From: an uncultured Anaerobiospirillum sp.
Lineage (GTDB): Bacteria; Pseudomonadota; Gammaproteobacteria; Enterobacterales; Succinivibrionaceae
Direction: 5' to 3'
DNA: 64,000 bases
Assembly (NCBI GenBank): GCA_944389615.1
Contig: CALXNA010000008.1
Span: forward strand, 16,194 to 80,193
Part shown: positions 43,867-53,021 of the stretch, one piece after another
How positions within the stretch are numbered: the first letter of the stretch is position 1
Layout: each line of letters begins with the position of its first letter
Notes under the pieces: generated by a model
Databases searched by the model: none
Told to the model about the DNA's origin: nothing
What the model saw: the letters and a program-made list of their open reading frames with translations, nothing else
Made by a program: the position numbers and the translations under genes

Positions 43867-43915
43867 GCGCCCCAAATCCTGGTAGCCTGCCTCAGGCCAG
43901 CAAGATTTGGGGCGG
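43867..43915 (-). terminator. Terminator candidate between yidC and mnmE
   Basis: gccccaaatc ... gatttggggc stem with an inner ctgg/ccag sub-stem. On the minus strand it is followed by TTTTTT. Confidence 0.5.
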
Positions 43916-43955
43916 CGCAGGGCCTGCGGGACTCTAAGCCCCGCGTTACCTGCCC

Positions 43956-45593
43956 TTATTTTGGCGTCTTAACGTGCAGACCCTTCTTCTCCAAGGAGCG
44001 GTAGATGATGACCTGCTGGAGAATGGTGAAGCAGTTGGAGACTAACCAGTAGACGGTCAGACCAGCTGGGAAGGTGCAGAACATGAAGGTGAAGACGACT
44101 GGCATCGCCATCAGCACCTTACGCTGGACTGGGTCATTGACTGGGGTTGGCGACATCTTTTGGATAAAGAACATCGAGATGCCGTACAGGATTGGGGTCA
44201 CGAAGTATGGATCGTGTACCGACAAGTCCTTAATCCAGAAGATGAACGGAGCGTGACGCAGCTCGGTCGACTCCATCAGCGTCCAGTACAAGGCGATGAA
44301 GATAGGCATCTGGATGAGGAGCGGTAAGCAGCCACCCAGTGGGTTGACCTTCTCGGTCTTATAAAGACGCATGGTTTCTTGGCCTAACTTTTGGCGGTCA
44401 TCGCCATAGCGCTCACGTAACTCCTGCATCTTCGGCGTTAACAGGCGCATCTTGGCCATCGAGGTGTACTGGGCCTTGGTCAGTGGGAACAGAACCGAAC
44501 GTACCACCAAGGTCAAGATGATGATCGAGAAGCCCCAGTTGCCGATGAAGCCTTGGATGAACTCCAGAATCTTGAACAGTGGGATCGACAAGAACCATAA
44601 CCAGCCGTAGTCGACGGTCAGGTCGAGGTTAGGAGCGACCTGCTCCATTTGGTCTTGGTTCTTAGGGCCAATCCACATGGTGGACTTAAACTCGTGGCTT
44701 TGCCCGGCCTCAATGGTGGTCGGCTCGGTGCGAATACCGATGATAGCCTCAGCGCCGTTATTGGCAGCATTCGAGAAGATGACGTTGGTGACGCCTTCGG
44801 TGGTATCGCCGATCCAAGCGGAAACGAAGTAGTGCTGAATCATCGCGACCCAGCCACCCGAGGTAGCGACATTGAGGGAGTCACGCTCGCGGGCGCGATC
44901 GACTAAGTCCTCTAAGGTATTCTTCTCGTAGCGGGTCTCAGCGGTGGAGTAGGCCGTGCCGCGGTAGGCACCGGCGACCATGAACAGACCAGAGTTTTGC
45001 TGCAGGGAGGCATCAACCGTCTGCTTTAACTGGCCGTAGAAGGCCATGGAAACCGCGTTTTGGTTATGGTTGACCACGTCATACTTGACGCCGACCACGT
45101 ACGAGCCGCGCTTTAAGGTGTAGGTCTTGGTGTAGTCGACCCCGTCTTGGCTAAAGGTTAAGACGGCGCTGACGCTGTCGGCACCTTCGGCTAAGACATA
45201 GCTGTTTTGGCTCGAGCTATAGGTTGGGCGGGCCTTGGAATCTGGGCCATTGGCGCCAATTAAGCCGCTTTGAGCCTCATAGACGAAGAGGGGATCGCGC
45301 ATTAAGAGGTGGAAAGGATCGTCCTTACCTAACTCTTGCTTAACCTGCAGCAGCTTAGCATCGACGACATCGCCACCGACCGTGGATAAGGTCAGGCTTA
45401 AGGTGTCGCTTTGCAAGGTGATGAGCTTGCCTACTGCCTCATTAGCGCTCTCCGCCGCAGCCGCCATTTCGATGCGTTGCGCCTGCAACTCTTCTTGTTG
45501 CTGCAGCGTGACCTTGTCGCTCTCCCACGCCCAAAAAATAAACAAGGAGAGAGTTAAGAAAAGAATGAAGAGGATGTTTCTTTGCTGTTCCAT
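43956..45593 (-). CDS. yidC: Membrane protein insertase YidC
   Basis: The likely start is MEQQRNILFILFLTLSLFIFWAWE at 45593 (ORF track 43956..45728). The C-terminal half is conserved (GNWGFSIIILTLVVR...GGCLPLLIQMPIFIALY). Confidence 0.95.
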   Translation of the reverse strand: MEQQRNILFILFLTLSLFIFWAWESDKVTLQQQEELQAQRIEMAAAAESANEAVGKLITLQSDTLSLTLSTVGGDVVDAKLLQVKQELGKDDPFHLLMRDPLFVYEAQSGLIGANGPDSKARPTYSSSQNSYVLAEGADSVSAVLTFSQDGVDYTKTYTLKRGSYVVGVKYDVVNHNQNAVSMAFYGQLKQTVDASLQQNSGLFMVAGAYRGTAYSTAETRYEKNTLEDLVDRARERDSLNVATSGGWVAMIQHYFVSAWIGDTTEGVTNVIFSNAANNGAEAIIGIRTEPTTIEAGQSHEFKSTMWIGPKNQDQMEQVAPNLDLTVDYGWLWFLSIPLFKILEFIQGFIGNWGFSIIILTLVVRSVLFPLTKAQYTSMAKMRLLTPKMQELRERYGDDRQKLGQETMRLYKTEKVNPLGGCLPLLIQMPIFIALYWTLMESTELRHAPFIFWIKDLSVHDPYFVTPILYGISMFFIQKMSPTPVNDPVQRKVLMAMPVVFTFMFCTFPAGLTVYWLVSNCFTILQQVIIYRSLEKKGLHVKTPK

Positions 45594-45870
45594 GGCACAA
45601 CCAAATAACCAAACCGCAATCGAGCGTCCCAACCTGCCCACCTTGGCCGCAGGCTCACGCCTATAAGCCAGCTTGGGCTTAACAGCCCGGCGGCGAGCAC
45701 ATTGGATAGTGCCTGCTCCTTGTCCCAACCTCGGTCACACGGCCTGCGCCCGGGGTTAAGCCAAGACAAACTTGCCTATTATACCCAAAAGCAGCCCCGT
45801 CCCCGCCGCCCACACCACGCGAGGGTGGTGCCTATAAGCTACAAGGAAGCTAAGGTGAGAGAGGAGGTGC

Positions 45871-46473
45871 CTAGCGCGCCGCATTGCCTGCCGTCGCGTC
45901 AGCTGCGCTGTGAGCGGCGCAGGGCGCGTCTGCCGCCTGCGCGGCCACCCAGTCGGCGCTGGGCGCCGCTGCGGCCACCGTGGCTGCAGCGCTACGCGTT
46001 GCGCTCGTGCTATCCGCGGCGCCTTCAGGGGCCATGTGAGCCTGCGGCTGGGCGCAGACCTCAGGCGCGGCCTGAAGTTGGGAGCTCACGGCGCAGCTTG
46101 CGCTACTTACGCAGCTGGCGCTGCTCACGCTATTTGCACTAGCGCTACTTGCGTCGTGGGTGCTGCTTGCGCTGCTTGGCGCGGGGGAAGTTGGGTCGAC
46201 CGGGGTATTCGTGGCGCTGGTGCTGTCGCCGGGCGCGCCCTTCTTGGGCACGGGATCAAAGCCGCCCGGATTGAGCGGATGGCAACGACTCAGCCGCTTG
46301 GCGCCGAGCCAAGTGCCTTTGATCAGACCCCATTCTTGAATGGCTTCTAAGGTGTATTGCGAGCAGCTCGGGTAGAACCGACAGCGCTGCCCTAAGAGTG
46401 GACTTAGAACTTTCTGATAGGTGCGGATCAGGAGGATCGCGCTTTGCCCGACAGGCGAGAGATTTGAGCCCAT
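45871..46473 (-). CDS. yidD: Membrane protein insertion efficiency factor YidD with a ~115-aa low-complexity C-terminal extension
   Basis: [36 protein letters not shown]...[13 protein letters not shown]. The 5' end overlaps the rnpA 3' end. Confidence 0.8.
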   Translation of the reverse strand: MGSNLSPVGQSAILLIRTYQKVLSPLLGQRCRFYPSCSQYTLEAIQEWGLIKGTWLGAKRLSRCHPLNPGGFDPVPKKGAPGDSTSATNTPVDPTSPAPSSASSTHDASSASANSVSSASCVSSASCAVSSQLQAAPEVCAQPQAHMAPEGAADSTSATRSAAATVAAAAPSADWVAAQAADAPCAAHSAADATAGNAAR

Positions 46474-46796
46474 AGCCGATTGAGAGCAGAAGTTAAGTCG
46501 CGATTGCTCAGGTCACCTATGCCGGACTTCGCTAAAAAGACCAGATCGACATTAGGAAGGGAATCTTGCTGTTGCCTAAAGGACTCGCGTACCAGCCGCT
46601 TGACGCGATTGCGCCATACGGCTCGTTTGAGCACCTTCTTAGGCACAATCAGCCCGAGGCGTGGGTGAGGCAGATCGTTCTTGCGAGCAAGAACGAGCAT
46701 GCCATTGGCACCTGCGCGTACGGGCTTCTTGAATACCTGGTCGTAATCCTCGGGCGCTAAGAGTCGCTTGTCCCGAGGAAAGGCATTGTTAGGCAT
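46428..46796 (-). CDS. rnpA: RNase P protein component
   Basis: [26 protein letters not shown] (RNR motif). It lies directly downstream of rpmH. Confidence 0.85.
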   Translation of the reverse strand: MPNNAFPRDKRLLAPEDYDQVFKKPVRAGANGMLVLARKNDLPHPRLGLIVPKKVLKRAVWRNRVKRLVRESFRQQQDSLPNVDLVFLAKSGIGDLSNRDLTSALNRLWAQISRLSGKARSS

Positions 46797-46807
46797 CTAC
46801 GGCGTTA

Positions 46808-46942
46808 CTAGACAGTTAAACGCTTGCGGCCCTTTGCACGACGACGGGATAAAACCTTGCGACCATCAGCGGTGCTCATGCGCTTGCGGAAACCGTGGGT
46901 ACGCTTACGCTTTAAAACGTTAGGCTGAAAAGTACGTTTCAT
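46808..46942 (-). CDS. rpmH: 50S ribosomal protein L34
   Basis: Hand translation gives [44 protein letters not shown]. It falls below the ORF-track length cutoff. Confidence 0.9.
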   Translation of the reverse strand: MKRTFQPNVLKRKRTHGFRKRMSTADGRKVLSRRRAKGRKRLTV

Positions 46943-48499
46943 TACAAATTCTCCAAAGGGGTGGCAATTGCCTCAGCGGCAGTGCCTCAATCATCGATGC
47001 TTGATGCTGGATACTCACTCGTATTCAGCTAAGAAGGCTGGCTTAAACCGCAGGCTCTGCGCCTTGGCTCTACGCCAGAGTGGCCCGGAGCTCTAGGCTT
47101 CGGCCATAAAGCCCCCTACCCCCACGACAGGGGCAGCGTGACCTCCAAGAGAGGCCGGTTGAGCCTGAAGGATCATCACGCCTCCGCTTGAGAGCCACAT
47201 AGCATACGCGTCTTAGGCCTAAAAGGAAAGGGCCTAGCAGCCTAAAGCCGCAGAGCGGCAAGGCTATCTGACCTAAGGTCAGAGCGCGTGCTCTACCCAC
47301 CAGCTCCCAGCTCTCTGAGCTAGAGCAGCCTCCGTCAAGTGGAGCTTGCTCTGCGCGTACAGAGGGCATTGGGCTCACCTGAGGCGTGCCGAGTACTGTC
47401 CTCGAACTTCGCTCCACCTAATTAAGCAAAGTACAGGGCTGTACCAAGTCACCATCAGCCTTTGGTCGCCTGTGGCTATACCTCGGGCCGTGCTGAGCCG
47501 GTTTGAGCAGGGCGCCACCGTGCGGTGGCTCAGCCCCAGAGCAGGTGCTGCCTAACAGGCGCGTCCTACCAAGTTGAGCTGCCTATAGCGCTATCAGGGC
47601 GTAATCGTCCTCGTAAGCTTCCTTGCAGGGGATAAAGGCGCCGCCCAGCAAGCCACATCGTGCCGCACTCTCCTTGGCACTAGTGCCAAAAGGGGAGGTC
47701 AGCACTCGACGCGTCACATTAAGAGCAAGCGCACGCACGGTGCCAAGCGCAAAATGCTTTGCTGGAGTCGCTCATGAACTACCTACGCACTTACGAGCGA
47801 GGTTTCGTGAGGTCGGTGCCTCACTTTTAGTAAGCACCCATTACTGGGTACTTACGGGCATGTCCACAATGCCCCCATCAGGTAGGAGCAAAAAGCTCGT
47901 TCCTGAGTTCTTAGAGGGTATTATACATGATCAAAATGTGCGACACCAGCCGCTTTCATCCCCACGCTCACGCATGGGGAATTTCGCGGCAACTGTTAAA
48001 GCAGGCGAAAGCCTCGCAGTCACAACCGCCACAGTTGAGCCACCCGCCTGACCTTCGGGCTACCGCCTCGACCTTGCTCACTGAACTAGTCACTGAGTTT
48101 GTTTGAGGCCGCACTTCCCTGAGGCTCTTGTTTGCGCCAAAAAAACCAAGGAGGAATCAGGCTTGAGGCACGATCGCTTAAGCCAAGAAGGCTGCGCCGC
48201 TACAGCCCACCGTAGTCCAGCCAGCCGTAAAATAGACCCGTGTCAGCTGACTTACGTCAGAAGACCCATGTCTATCCCGGCCAAGGCTGCGACCGCGGCT
48301 AGCCAAGTAGTCTAGCGCACGCGCAATAACTTGGTTGAGCGACCGAAGAGCTCAAGTCGGCTCTTCAGGATGGGGCGCAAGAAAGCACCTTAAGTCATGG
48401 CAGGCTGCCACACGAGCTTGAGTTGAAGCCCTTGAGGCTGCGCATGCCCAAGTAATAAGCAACTTGCAGTGTACTGTCCCTAAACGCCATGAACGAAAG

Positions 48500-49145
48500 C
48501 ACCGAGCTCAATCTCACGCTGGCGAGAGCTCAAGGTCGCAACCTCGCATCTGTAAGCAGACGCCCAGCAGACGCGTAGCCGCTTCCAAACTCAATCGCGC
48601 TGAGCAAGAGAGCAACATGGTGGCCGAACTCAATCTCATCGCTTCGGAGAGCTCAAGGCACCGCCAAGCTCAATCCCGCCACGAAGTCAGACGCAACCGA
48701 ACTCAATCCCACATGACTTAACAGGGTTCACACCGAGCATCAATCGATACCCAAGAGATCTCAAGGTCGCAGCGCTCAATCCCTACTCATTGGAGAGCTC
48801 AAAGCACTTACCAAGCTCAATCCTTGTTAGAAGAGAGCTCAAGGTCACCAAGCTCGATCACCTCACAGCGATAGGCCACCGCAGGGTGAGAACTCAAAGC
48901 AACCGAGCATCAATCGATTCCAACTTGGAGAGCTCAAAGCGAGCACCAAGCTCAATCCGCTCAGAGGGAGAGCTGCACGCTACCGAGTTCAATCTCAGGT
49001 AGAGAGCTCAAGGCATCAACTCTGCGCTATCACCTAAGAGAGCTCAAGGTCGATCAACCTCAAGTTTTAGGAGAGCTCAAAGCTAAGCACCGAGCATCAA
49101 TCCTCACGTCAAGAGAGCTCAAGGCAATCCCGCTCACTCAACTTA
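48500..49145. repeat. Degenerate same-orientation array of ~27 GAGCTCAA-type words (alternating GAGAGCTCAAGG and CCGAGCTCAATC contexts)
   Basis: Word starts were read at ~48504, 48526, 48587, 48626, 48648, 48666, 48699, 48735, 48766, 48795, 48813, 48835, 48850, 48889, 48905, 48929, 48948, 48969, 48985, 49004, 49039, 49056, 49073, 49092, 49115 and 49133. Most spacings are 15-24 bp. Confidence 0.7.
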
Positions 49146-49717
49146 GAGAACCGCAGCACTGTTAGCTACTTTATCCCTTGTCACAGGAAACTTGACCTTC
49201 ACCCACGCACTCAAAGCACGCACCCGAAGGTGCCAACTCTCAGCGCGCTGGACTGCGCACCGCATGGGCACACCAATCCTAGGGCAAAAGTTTGATTACC
49301 TTATTTTACAAACGATCGGGCCGTAAGATCAAGCCACCATCACAGATTTTTGTGTGCTAAAAAGCTGATCTAAAAGCCAATCCGCGCACTGCGCCCGCCG
49401 CGCCCCTCGCGTGCCGCTTCAGCACTCTCACGGCCCCACCGACTCTGCGCAAACACGCTTCGGTGGCGCTGACGCGCAGATCAAGCGCCCGCGCCCACGG
49501 GCGCAACCGCGGTGCTGTTCCCGCCTGCTCCAACGCTAGCCCGCGCAGATCAAGCGTCCGCCCCAAACTAAAAGGGCCCAGTCGGGATGCCCGACTGAGC
49601 CCACAGTAGTCCAAGATGTTGATGAGTTGGTAACGCGGTTACTTGCGTTGGTTGTTGAGGAAGCGACCGACAAGGCCCGAGACCTTGGAGCTGAGCTCCT
49701 AGGTCACGTTATTTACC

Positions 49718-50119
49718 TTAAGTGCTGACCTCATCCTTAACATCCTTGCCCGTGGCGATCAGCTGCTTGACCCGAGCTCCGGTCTCCTGCAGCTTGCGCT
49801 CAAACTCGCGCTGCATCAGGTCGCTGAGCTCCGGCTCGGCCTTAGGCTTGCTCAGGTAGAGTTCTGCCTCCGCGACGTCCTCGCCGCGGGCTTTGGCTTG
49901 GGCCTCTGCGATCTGCTGGTCTTGGGCGGTGGCCGCCTCGGCCAAGGTACGCAGTACCGTGGTGTCACTGAGCTCAGTTGCGCCAAGCTGTTTTGCCTCG
50001 TAGCGGTAGCGGTTGGCGACGAAGCGGGCGTCGTCCTCTGTGCTCAAGTACGGGGGCAGCTTGCCTTGCGGGCAAGTCGGCAGCTTGCGCAGATCAAAGG
50101 CCGTAGCTCCGGCCATCAC
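49718..50119 (-). CDS. Hypothetical protein (133 aa), start overlapping the stop of the upstream ORF (TGATG)
   Basis: From the ORF track. The composition looks protein-like (charged C-terminal helix). I recognised no family. Confidence 0.3.
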   Translation of the reverse strand: MMAGATAFDLRKLPTCPQGKLPPYLSTEDDARFVANRYRYEAKQLGATELSDTTVLRTLAEAATAQDQQIAEAQAKARGEDVAEAELYLSKPKAEPELSDLMQREFERKLQETGARVKQLIATGKDVKDEVST

Positions 50120-51503
50120 CTGCTGATGACGGGCGTAGTCGTAGCACAGGCCGACCTCGCGCGGCGCTCCTCATGAGCGGACGGCCAAGGCAAGTTTTGG
50201 CGCGCGACCAACTGCTGCATCAGCTCGAGGCGGTGCAGGATCTCAACGTCAGCCCAGCGGGCTTCCATTAAGAACCAGTACTGAGCCTTGTTCTGCACCC
50301 AACGGCACTGATGGTGATCTAAGACCACCTAGGTGCCATTAGTCAGATGGCAGCTGGCGCGGAAGTTAAGCACGCGGTCGGCGTACCATTGGGCCAAGGT
50401 GCAGGCCTCACGCAACAGCGCTTCGACCTCACCGACCAACGCCGTGATGCGCGCGCGGGTGACGTCCGGCAGCAGGAGCTCGTTGCGCTTGATGTCGGCC
50501 AAGTGCAGCGCGTTGCTGACGTCCGGGAAGGCGATGCCCGCGAGGACGCTGTACGGGTGCTCTGGTGTAACCCGCGGATCAGCCGTATAGATGTCCTCTA
50601 ACCGCAACTGATCCCAAACAAGCGGTGTCTTGAGCAGTGGCAACCACGCAAGCGCCTCATGCGCTGCGCGCGTTCGTGCTCTTGCGAAAGCTGGGCAACA
50701 CTTAAGCCGAGGTTGAAGTGGGCGTTAGCCTCTTCAGAGACCGAGCCGTACTCATCCCAGCCCAAGTAAGCAGAGCTATGGTAGTCAGCGGTGACGGCAA
50801 AGCCCTGCCCCTGATTGGTATCACGCCAATCGGCGGCAAAGGCGACACGCAGTCGCGCGCCGACGTCAGCGGTGACCTGCCGTTCGGCCCAATCAGCCCC
50901 GCGCTCCGCCTGCGGCAGCAGCTGCTCTAAGAGCACGTTGGCACCGAGGTGGTAGCTGTTAGCGCCCGCGACCAAGACGTGGGGTACGCCCTCAGAATCG
51001 AAGCTTCTAATCGCCTCAACCCGGATGTAGGTGTCCTGACCAAATGTCCGGCAGCCATACCAGCAGGAGGCATCGAGGTGGTTGGTGATGAACGGCCGAA
51101 CCAAGGAGACCGAGCCGTAGTTCGGTTGAGTGCCGTAGTCTTGCGCCAAATGTAGCTCCCAGAAGAGCTCACTGATGACCTGAGTCATATCACGGCGGTC
51201 TAACGACAAGGCATAGAACTGCGGGGCCTGATAGGTCGCGTAGAGCGGCGTGATGACATCGCAGGTGATGCGCTCCATCGGTTTAGTCATGAGCTGCGGC
51301 ATAATCCACAGTTCGTGCTGCGGCTTATTGGTCGCCGCGCGGTTGGCAAGGAACAGCGCGTTATCGGCGGCGTCCATCAGCGGTGGAAAGTGCCCGGCAG
51401 GCATGGACTTGAGCGCAGCTGGGTAGAAGTAGGCATGCCCCTGCTCCAGCTCCGCGCGCCGACACGCAATCAAGTGCGCTCCCAACGGCGCGTCCGCCGT
51501 CAA
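50116..51503 (-). pseudogene. Probable decayed gene of unknown function (~470 codons), split into ORFs 50598..51503, 50329..50643 and 50116..50328
   Basis: The 301-aa ORF turns Cys/Arg/His-rich (off-frame-looking) in its last ~20 codons, exactly where the 104-aa ORF opens in another frame. The 104-aa and 70-aa ORFs are in the same frame, separated only by TAG (50329-50331) followed directly by GTG. Confidence 0.4.
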
Positions 51504-52378
51504 GAACAGCGGGCGCTGCAGGGATAGGGAGCCTTCGTGTGGGCTTGTACGGCCTTGGCAGAGCGCAGACCTGCGCCCAGCGCTGATGGCAGTACTGGGA
51601 TGTGCAAAGTAAGGCGTAGGGCGCGGGGGCGGTAGTGATCATAGGCTAACTTAGTCTTGGCTTGGATCCCCGATCCGATCAGTGTGCGCATAATCTGCGG
51701 TGCAAGTTGGTAACTAGATACAGAGCAAAAAATTTTTTGCGCAGGGTTTGGCGCAGGTTGCGGAGTGCCTGCGGCGTTACATGAGATCTGGGCAGGAAAC
51801 ACGAAGCCGACAGGAATGCGCCATGGCGCTAATTTTGATCAGCAACCTGCGCAAATTGGGGCTGAGAGTGTCCCCGCGCGCTTGGGCGGTGAGGATCGAC
51901 GAAAGGCTTGTCGATCTCATTTGAGCGCAGTTTGGCCCTTGATCTTGGACGGCGATCACCTTATGATGGATCTGGTTTCCGGTGGTTTTCGGAGTGCTTG
52001 TCTCATCGGTATGAGGCAAGTGCAATGCAAAATCCACGTCAATGCGGAGCTGGCGGAAAGGAAGGCGGGTTGTGGTAACTCGCACCTTCGTGCAGCATCA
52101 TCCTAATCAAACAACAAACAATCGAGTGTTTTTGGTGGTACTGGCAGCCTTGGGGGCTGAGCCAACATCATGACCCCATTGCGGCTAGCCTAAGTGCAGC
52201 CTGCTGCGAGCGTCTAGCTCATAGCGACCAGCTGCGAGCAGCTGCGAGCAACCTGCTTGAGGCAGCGTACTTGGTACAGTTACGGCAAAGCTTCCCCGGT
52301 CTGATTATGTTTGACCGTAGGGGGTAGACGGGGCCTTCGGTTGGAGTTTGTTTAGCGGAGACGTAAACCGGAAGATGC

Positions 52379-52570
52379 GATCGTGGCTGCGCAATTTAGC
52401 TTGATCTTTGATCGCTGCGCCGAGATCGTTTAGGATCCAAGGCGTGAGGCTAAAACCCGATCTGGATCAGGTTTGCGCGCTAAAAAGATCGTGGATCTGA
52501 TCCGATAAGATCGATTAAGATCAGCTTAGTCTCTTTGGTGAGATCGAGGCTGCGATCGATTGCTGGGATC
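52379..52570. promoter_or_regulatory. Extreme GATC cluster (15 sites in ~190 bp), 450-640 bp upstream of dnaA
   Basis: GATC was read at ~52379, 52403, 52410, 52424, 52434, 52459, 52465, 52487, 52494, 52499, 52509, 52519, 52542, 52554 and 52567. The region includes GATCGTGGATCTGATCCGATAAGATCG. Confidence 0.65.
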
Positions 52571-53021
52571 GAGGGACTGGGTGTTATTGGTTAGAGGAGA
52601 TAGTTCGCGCGTGATTGCTGCCACGGAGGCCTAGGTCGAAGTCACCATGCTTCTGCATCATGCTTACGCATCATGTTGCTGCGGTATTGAGCTCGGCACC
52701 TACCATGGTAGAGAGTTTCAGGCGTACTCCCTAGTGCTTGAGTAATGGGGCCACGACTCCACCAGAGCGTAGTCGTATTATCGGTTGAATGGTTGCTTAA
52801 GTGCGTCTGTGCGGGCGCGGGCCGTTTGATCGCAGTTGAAGTCATTGGCTGACCGTGTTGCGGCCCTTCGTGTTAGAAGACCGTGGATGCGGAGGCTGCT
52901 CTTAGAGCGCGTAAAGATTCCCGATACACGCTTCATCTCCAAAAGCGCCATAGCTGAATGGTGCTAGGTCGTTTTTGCAGATGGTGGCGGGGGTGATACG
53001 ACGCTGAGGGTATGGTTCTAT

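Noticed and set aside
45382-45392. Near-canonical DnaA box CGTGGATAA (8/9 match to TGTGGATAA).
   Set aside because: It lies inside the yidC coding sequence as an isolated single copy, which is consistent with chance.
48500-49145. Possible CRISPR array, because of regularly recurring short words.
   Set aside because: The conserved core is only ~8-12 nt and degenerate, spacing is irregular (15-60 bp), there is no repeat-spacer architecture of 25-40 nt units, and no cas genes are in the window.
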